Below, in pieces: positions 58,366 to 64,000 of a DNA stretch of 64,000 nt. Each line of letters opens with the position of its first letter. The stretch's first letter is position 1. Source of the stretch: Tepidisphaeraceae bacterium (GTDB lineage Bacteria; Planctomycetota; Phycisphaerae; Tepidisphaerales; Tepidisphaeraceae); contig DASYUA010000257.1 in assembly GCA_036001665.1 (NCBI GenBank), positions 1-64,000 on the forward strand, in the 5' to 3' direction. The notes beneath the pieces were generated by a model. The model saw only the letters and a program-made list of their open reading frames with translations, searched no databases and was not told the DNA's origin. The translations under genes and the position numbers were made by a program.

Positions 58366-58424
58366 CCGCAGAGACGCAGAGAAGAAAGAGGAGACGCAGA
58401 TGGCGCAGATTTGCGCAGATCAGA
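58366..58424. repeat. TCTGCGY heptad tandem array (copy 5, inverted orientation)
   Basis: ccgcagagacgcagagaagaaagaggagacgcagatggcgcagatttgcgcagatcag between sufS and sufU. Confidence 0.6.
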
Positions 58425-58433
58425 TTTTGTTTT

Positions 58434-59705
58434 TCACGCAAACATGGCGATCACCTTTTCAATGCCTGTGGCCAGGGCGTCGATTTCTTCCTTTGTATTA
58501 TATGCGGCGATGGAAGCGCGGGCGGTGGCGGGGATGTCGAGGCGGTCCATGACGGGCTGGCAGCAGTGGTGGCCGGTGCGGACGGCGATTCCTTCGCCAT
58601 CCAAGATGGTGCCGACGTCGTGGGGGTGAATATTGTGGAGCACGAAGGAGAGGACGGAGGCTTTGTTTTTGGCGGTGCCAACGAGGCGGAGCTCGGGGAT
58701 TTCCTGGAGTTTTTGGGTGGCATAATTGAAGAGCTGGTCTTCGTGGGCGGCGATGCGGTCGAGGCCGATGGACTGGATGTAGTCGATGGCGCTGCCGAGG
58801 GCGATTGCGCCGGCGATGTTGGGGGTGCCGGCCTCGAATTTGTATGGCAGGTCGTTGTAAGTGGTGCGTTCGAAGGTGACGGAGGAGATCATGTCGCCGC
58901 CGCCTTGATAGGGGGGCATGGATTCGAGGAGATGGGCCTTGCCGTAGAGGATGCCGATGCCGGTGGGGCCGTAGAGTTTGTGGCCGGAGAAGCAGTAGAA
59001 GTCGGCGTCGAGCGCGCGGACGTCGAGAGGGCGATGGGCGACCCATTGAGCGCCATCGACAAGGACGGGAATGCCGTGGCGGTGGGCGAGGGCGATGATC
59101 TGCTCGATCGGATTGATGGTGCCCAGGGAATTGGAGAGGTGGACGATGGAGATGATGCGGGTGCGCGAGGAGAGGAGTTTTTGATACTCATCCATGAGCA
59201 GCTCGCCGCGGTCGTTGAAGGGAATGACTTTTAAGATTGCGCCGGTTTGCTGGCAGAGGATTTGCCAGGGGACGATGTTGGAGTGGTGCTCCATGCCGGA
59301 GATGATGATTTCGTCGCCGGTTTTGATGTTGGCGCGGCCGAAGGATGAGGCGACGAGATTGATCGATTCGGTGGTGGAGCGGGTGAAGATGACTTCGCGG
59401 TCTTCGGCCGCGTTGATGAATTTTCTCACCTTGCGGCGGGCGTTTTCGTGAAGGTCCGTGGCCAATTGCGAGAGGGTGTAAACGCCGCGATGGATGTTGG
59501 CGTTTTGACAGTTGTAGTAGCGTGATTCGGTGTCGATCACTTGCCTGGGTTTTTGAGTGGTGGCGGCGTTGTCGAGGTAGATCAGCGGCTTTTGATGGCA
59601 GGCAGTGCCCAAAATCGGGAAATCGGGCCGGATGGCGTGCGGATCGAGTGGCGCGGCCGTATGGGCGCGCGGTGGGCTCAGAAGGTCGGCCGAGGGGCGA
59701 TGCAT
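58434..59705 (-). CDS. sufS: cysteine desulfurase
   Basis: IYLDNAATTQKP..SGHKLYGPTGIGILYGK PLP-lysine motif. Confidence 0.9.
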   Translation of the reverse strand: MHRPSADLLSPPRAHTAAPLDPHAIRPDFPILGTACHQKPLIYLDNAATTQKPRQVIDTESRYYNCQNANIHRGVYTLSQLATDLHENARRKVRKFINAAEDREVIFTRSTTESINLVASSFGRANIKTGDEIIISGMEHHSNIVPWQILCQQTGAILKVIPFNDRGELLMDEYQKLLSSRTRIISIVHLSNSLGTINPIEQIIALAHRHGIPVLVDGAQWVAHRPLDVRALDADFYCFSGHKLYGPTGIGILYGKAHLLESMPPYQGGGDMISSVTFERTTYNDLPYKFEAGTPNIAGAIALGSAIDYIQSIGLDRIAAHEDQLFNYATQKLQEIPELRLVGTAKNKASVLSFVLHNIHPHDVGTILDGEGIAVRTGHHCCQPVMDRLDIPATARASIAAYNTKEEIDALATGIEKVIAMFA

Positions 59706-59753
59706 GATCTTTCATTGTAGGCGCAGGATGAGGCGAAGATAGAGGAGGGGCGG

Positions 59754-60515
59754 CTACCATGTGCCATAGCGCCGCATGAGCCCGGCGTATTGGGTCTCCG
59801 TGAAAAGCGCTTTCACATCCTCGGCAAGGCGATTGGCCCGCGCTATGGTGGTGTCGTAGTACTTCTCATCCATCTCGCGAAGGAAATCGGTCAGCTTCTC
59901 TTCGGCGACGGTGGGCAGGCCGCCGTTGACGATTTCATTCTTCGGCATGGCCGCGATGGCTTCTTCGAAGAGGGCCATGAGCTTCTTGCGCTCGGCCGCG
60001 GGAATTTGCGTGTCGGTGTTGAGCTTAATCGCGTTGAGCTTCTCCCATTGGTCGGCCGTGATTTGCAGCTCATCCATGAGTTTGACCGTTTCGGTCATGA
60101 TCCAGCGGGTGCGGAGCATGGCGACGGTGTCCTTGGGAAGAAAGTCCTCGTACGGATAGACGTAGCGGACCGCGAGCTTGCCGGTATTGTCGCGGCGGAC
60201 CTGCATGAAAAGCCGGCCGCCTTTGACGCTCCAGGAGGTTTCAGAGGTTTTGCGCAAGGCGTCCTTTGAGCTTTGGTTGAAGATTTTTTTGTCGAAGTTG
60301 GCAGGCGAGGGATCGACGAATGTTTTGGGAGGGGTCATGGTGGACGACGCGGGAGTTGTGGAGGCATGATTGATGTCGATGGTTTGAACTGTGGGTCGAG
60401 CCGGCGGTTGGACGTCATGGAAGATCAGGAAACCGCCGATGACCAGTGCTGCGATGACGATCGGGATGGCGAGCCAGATGGGCAGGTCGGCGCGGTTTTG
60501 GTTCTTGGCAGGCAT
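59754..60515 (-). CDS. hypothetical membrane-anchored protein
   Basis: 253 aa with N-terminal TM (LPIWLAIPIVIAALVIGGFLIF). Confidence 0.5.
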   Translation of the reverse strand: MPAKNQNRADLPIWLAIPIVIAALVIGGFLIFHDVQPPARPTVQTIDINHASTTPASSTMTPPKTFVDPSPANFDKKIFNQSSKDALRKTSETSWSVKGGRLFMQVRRDNTGKLAVRYVYPYEDFLPKDTVAMLRTRWIMTETVKLMDELQITADQWEKLNAIKLNTDTQIPAAERKKLMALFEEAIAAMPKNEIVNGGLPTVAEEKLTDFLREMDEKYYDTTIARANRLAEDVKALFTETQYAGLMRRYGTW

Positions 60516-60584
60516 GGGTAATTCGACGGCGCCGGGAAGGAAAAGTTCCGGATGTGCCGCGGGAATGTATAATGCTTTTGAGGT

Positions 60585-61235
60585 GTGAAGATGTCGGTAA
60601 TACAGTCGTCAAAGACGTGGTTGGATGAGCGCGGGCCGCTGAGCCATCCCGGGCGGCGGATGAGCGAGGAGGAATTTGACCGGTGGGTTGAGGAGAAGAC
60701 GCGCGCGGAGTGGGTCAACGGGGAAGTGATCATGATGGCGCCGGCGAATCTTGAGCATGATGATGTGGCGTGGTGGCTGCGGAGTGTGGTTACGCACTTT
60801 GTGGAGTTTCATGATCTGGGGAAGGTTCATGGGGCAGAAGTGATGATTCGTGTTCCGGCGCTTAATCAGAAGCGGTTGCCTGATGTGCTTTTCGTGACGA
60901 AAAAGCGGGCGGGAATCTTAAAGAAGACGATCGTGGATGGTCCGCCGGATTTGATTATGGAGGTGGTATCGCCGGACAGCGTGGAGAGAGATTGGGTGGA
61001 GAAACTTGAGGACTATGAGCGGGCGGGAGTGAAAGAGTATTGGATTGTCGATGTCCCGGCGAAGAAGATGGAGGCCTATTTGCTGAAGACAGGGAAGTAT
61101 CGGAAAGTTATGGAGAAGGAGGGGAAGATATCGTCTGGAGTTCTGAAGGGATTTTATTTGAGGCCGCAGTGGGTGATTGGGGGGAAGCTGCCGCGGATGA
61201 TGCAGGTTGTTAGGGAGTTGGGGGTGGATGAGTAA
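60585..61235 (+). CDS. Uma2-family (DUF820) PD-(D/E)xK endonuclease
   Basis: EWVNGEVIMMAPA..H..PDVLFV..GPPDLIMEVVSPDS..EYWIVD pattern. Confidence 0.8.
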   Translation: MKMSVIQSSKTWLDERGPLSHPGRRMSEEEFDRWVEEKTRAEWVNGEVIMMAPANLEHDDVAWWLRSVVTHFVEFHDLGKVHGAEVMIRVPALNQKRLPDVLFVTKKRAGILKKTIVDGPPDLIMEVVSPDSVERDWVEKLEDYERAGVKEYWIVDVPAKKMEAYLLKTGKYRKVMEKEGKISSGVLKGFYLRPQWVIGGKLPRMMQVVRELGVDE

Positions 61236-61279
61236 ATGGGGGCAAGCCGCAGTGGCACATTAGATCTGAATAAACAGAG

Positions 61280-62644
61280 TTAGCGAGCCGCTTCCTGCGC
61301 GGTGCCCAGGTCGGTGATGCGCAGGTCCTGGGGGAGGCCGTGCTGGGCGGCCATGAAGTCTTCCAACAGCGAGCGGATGGGCTCGACTTTGATTCTTCGC
61401 GTGATGTCGGCGGCGAAGGCGTACGTGAGCAGATGCCGCGCGGCTTCGGCCGAGACGCCCCTGGAGCGAAGGTAAAAGACCTGGTCTTCATCCACCGGGC
61501 CTGTGGTTGAGCCGTGGGTGCATTTCACATCGTCGGCGTAAATCTCCAGCGCGGGTTGCGAATGCATGGTCGCTTCATCCGAAAGCAAAAGCGATTTGCT
61601 GGTTTGCTTGGAATCGGTTTTCTGGGCGTCCTTCTGGACGAAGATTTTGCCTTTGAAGACGCCGGTGGCCTTGCCGTCGATCACGTGTTTGTAGAGCTCG
61701 TGGCTGGGGCAGTTGGGTTTTTGGTGATCGAGCAGGGTGTGGTTGTCGATGTGCTGGGCGCCGGTGGCGATGACCAGGCCGTTCAACGTGGCTTCGGCGA
61801 ATTCGCCGGCCAGGAGGACGTTGAAATCGGTGCGGGCGAGGGCAGCGCCGATCGAGGCGGAGTGGGAGATGAAGTTGGCGGAGCTGCCGAGGGTGGCGGC
61901 GACGGTGGCCAGGTGATAGGCATCGAGCGATTCGTGCTGGAGGCGGCAGTGGTCGAGATGAGTGTTTGCGCCAAGAACGATTTCAGTGACGGAATTGGTG
62001 AGGTATGGGCCTTTTTCGCCGCCGGCGGACGTGTAGGTTTCGACGATGGTGGCGGAGGAGCCCTCTTCCATCAGGATGAGAACGCGGGGGTGGGAGACGG
62101 AAGGGTCGCGGGAGGTTGTGGAGATGAATTGGAGATGGATGGGGGCATCGACCATGACGCCGCGGGGAATTTGCACAAATGCGCCATCGCGGATGAAGCC
62201 AGTGTTGAGGGCGATGAAAGGATTGGTCTTGGATTCAATTTGTGCGTGGCGAGCGAGGTGGGGCTCGAGCAGATGGGCATTGTCGCTGAGAGTTGCCGAG
62301 AGCGGCTCGACGCGGACAGCGCGGGGAATTTTGGCCAGGCGGGAGAGCTGGGGGGCGAAGTGGCCGTTGAGGAAGACCAATTCGATGGCGCTGGGCATGG
62401 AGAAGCGCGGGCCGATCTGCTCGTGGGGCGGGCGGGCGAGGCGGAAGGGTATTTTGGCGATGGGGGTGACGTTGGTGTGACGCCATTCTTCTTCGTGTGT
62501 GGTGGGGAAGCCCGTAAGTTCGAAGCGGGCGATGGCCGATTTGCGGAGGCGCTCGAGCCAGGGATGGGCGGGGAGAGAGGATTCCTGCTCAAAGCGGCTG
62601 AAGTTGTGCATGTGGGTCGAGGTTTCTTCGGCTAATTGAGTCAT
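61280..62644 (-). CDS. sufD: Fe-S cluster assembly protein SufD
   Basis: LEIYADDVKCTHGSTTG SufB/D signature. Confidence 0.85.
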   Translation of the reverse strand: MTQLAEETSTHMHNFSRFEQESSLPAHPWLERLRKSAIARFELTGFPTTHEEEWRHTNVTPIAKIPFRLARPPHEQIGPRFSMPSAIELVFLNGHFAPQLSRLAKIPRAVRVEPLSATLSDNAHLLEPHLARHAQIESKTNPFIALNTGFIRDGAFVQIPRGVMVDAPIHLQFISTTSRDPSVSHPRVLILMEEGSSATIVETYTSAGGEKGPYLTNSVTEIVLGANTHLDHCRLQHESLDAYHLATVAATLGSSANFISHSASIGAALARTDFNVLLAGEFAEATLNGLVIATGAQHIDNHTLLDHQKPNCPSHELYKHVIDGKATGVFKGKIFVQKDAQKTDSKQTSKSLLLSDEATMHSQPALEIYADDVKCTHGSTTGPVDEDQVFYLRSRGVSAEAARHLLTYAFAADITRRIKVEPIRSLLEDFMAAQHGLPQDLRITDLGTAQEAAR

Positions 62645-62712
62645 CGGATTCGAGGTTGTTTAGAGGAGGACGAGGCAAACCTCGTCCATACGAAATATAT
62701 CCTTCCCGGAGA

Positions 62713-63474
62713 TTATGCCGCCTTTTCGATCCAGTCGTAACCCTTGGATTCCAATTCGAGCGCAAGTTCCTTGCCGCCCGTCTTGACGATTCGGCCATCG
62801 AGCATGACATGCACGAAGTTGGGCTCAAGGTAATTCAGCAGGCGCTGGTAGTGGGTGACGATGAGAATGGCCTTATCGGGGGTGCGGAGCGAATTGGCCC
62901 CCTGGGCGACGACTTTGAGGGCGTCGATGTCCAGGCCGGAATCGGTCTCATCCATGAGGGCCAGGCGCGGATCAACGACGGCCATCTGGAAGATCTCATT
63001 GCGCTTTTTCTCGCCGCCGGAGAAGCCTTCATTGACAGCGCGGTTCATGAAGGACTGGTCCATCTTCAGCAGGTTCATTTTGTCTTTGACGAGCTTGAGG
63101 AAGTCCATGGCGTCGAGCTCTGATTCGCCGCGGTGTTTGCGGATGGCGTTGACGGCGGCCTTGAGGAAATAGCTGGTGGAGACGCCGGGGATTTCGACGG
63201 GATATTGGAAGGCGAGAAAGACGCCTTCGCGGGCGCGTTCTTCGGCAGAAAGCTCGAGCAGGTTTTTGCCGGCGTAAGTGACGGTGCCCTGGGTCACTTC
63301 ATAGGCTTCGCGGCCCATGAGAACCTGGGCGAGAGTGCTCTTGCCCGAGCCGTTCTTGCCCATGATGGCATGGACTTCGCCGGCCTTGATGGTGAGGTTG
63401 ACGCCCTTGAGGATATCGCGGCCGCCGGCGGCGGCGACGCGGGCATGGAGGTTTTGGACTTCAAGCAGGGACAT
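62713..63474 (-). CDS. sufC: Fe-S cluster assembly ATPase SufC
   Basis: GKNGSGKSTL Walker A; LSGGEKKR ABC signature. Confidence 0.9.
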   Translation of the reverse strand: MSLLEVQNLHARVAAAGGRDILKGVNLTIKAGEVHAIMGKNGSGKSTLAQVLMGREAYEVTQGTVTYAGKNLLELSAEERAREGVFLAFQYPVEIPGVSTSYFLKAAVNAIRKHRGESELDAMDFLKLVKDKMNLLKMDQSFMNRAVNEGFSGGEKKRNEIFQMAVVDPRLALMDETDSGLDIDALKVVAQGANSLRTPDKAILIVTHYQRLLNYLEPNFVHVMLDGRIVKTGGKELALELESKGYDWIEKAA

Positions 63475-63745
63475 TTCGTGCCTTTTTTCCTGAGTATTGG
63501 TTACTCATTTCATATGAGAAGCCCGTTGGACCAGGATAGACGAAGGTATGGGGGGGCGGCAGGGCCTTGCGATCTCTTTTCTCAGTCTCCATTAACAATT
63601 CGAGAACGTCCTGAGCGTTTTTGGCGGCTTCTTCATAGGTTGCACCGTGCGTGTGGCAACCGCCCCACTCGGGAAGGGTGACGACATATGCATGGTCTTC
63701 GTTCGACCACTGGATGATCACGCTATACGGGCTCTTTTTGGCCAT
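63461..63745 (-). CDS. hicB: HicB-family antitoxin-like protein
   Basis: YSVIIQWSNEDHAYVVTLPEWGGCHTHGATYEEAAKNAQDVLEL matches the HicB/UPF0150 N-terminal domain; 14-nt overlap with sufC start. Confidence 0.7.
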   Translation of the reverse strand: MAKKSPYSVIIQWSNEDHAYVVTLPEWGGCHTHGATYEEAAKNAQDVLELLMETEKRDRKALPPPHTFVYPGPTGFSYEMSNQYSGKKARNVPA

Positions 63746-63758
63746 GGCTCTCTCGCAT

Positions 63759-63938
63759 TCACGAGCGTGCTTCGCTCACGCCCAAGTCAACATCCTGTTG
63801 CTGATATCGCTTCGCGTCATCTCCATCCTTTCCACTGAGAATGATGGGACGTTTCACACGCGGATGCGTCCATTTTGTATGACTTCCCTTGCCACCCGCG
63901 ATCATGATCCATCCCGCTTGCCTCAACATCGCCTTCAA
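63759..63938 (-). CDS. hicA: HicA-family mRNA interferase toxin-like (about 56-59 aa; below the 60-aa ORF-track threshold)
   Basis: own translation of the minus strand: (MKA)MLRQAGWIMIAGGKGSHTKWTHPRVKRPIILSGKDGDDAKRYQQQDVDLGVSEARS; upstream in-frame TGA at 63963-63965; start is ATG at about 63929 or TTG at about 63938. Confidence 0.5.
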   Translation of the reverse strand: MKAMLRQAGWIMIAGGKGSHTKWTHPRVKRPIILSGKDGDDAKRYQQQDVDLGVSEARS

Positions 63939-64000
63939 CTCGCGAATCTTCTTTGGCTTGCGTCACCCGACGCTGCCTTCCAAGCTTACTCCGAGTAATT

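Noticed and set aside
61514-62635. 373-aa plus-strand ORF opposite sufD
   Set aside because: Antisense of conserved sufD.

Overview
High-GC (~63-65%) bacterial chromosome segment with Planctomycetota hallmarks: a DUF1559 prepilin-like protein carrying the H-x9-DG motif, a sulfatase remnant, a Tat-signal metallophosphoesterase, several Ca-binding GG-x-G-x-D repeat proteins that share an N-terminal LE-x-RRLLS module, and GC-hairpin REP elements. About 60 protein genes are supported. Most are housekeeping: pgi, manC, ruvX, moaC, kdsA, rpsI-rplM, leuD, purH, and a fragmented suf cluster (sufC-sufD / sufS-sufU / sufT). Between them sit accessory features: a three-gene signalling cluster (excisionase-HTH receiver, HDOD histidine kinase, REC-GAF-like), a 1.56-kaa FHA membrane protein, tandem entericidin-like mini-lipoproteins beside divergent RTX-like proteins and an S53 peptidase, a hicAB pair at the head of sufC, a MITE-like element inside the suf cluster, a Uma2 endonuclease, and a 1013-aa orphan membrane protein with atypical codon usage. 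Intergenic DNA carries several dispersed repeat families: GTAGGTCSGGC-type REP hairpins, CTCCCGG-TACT-CCGGGAG hairpins, TCTGCGY and CACGTT heptad arrays, and AT-rich heptamer arrays. Strand-specific third-position composition flips polarity at about 12.3, 28.5 and 52.7 kb, each time at a repeat-bearing intergenic region. No rRNA, tRNA or CRISPR array was found. Many long ORFs in the supplied track are shadow frames of the real genes, as expected at this GC content. All coordinates were counted by hand and may be off by a few nt.
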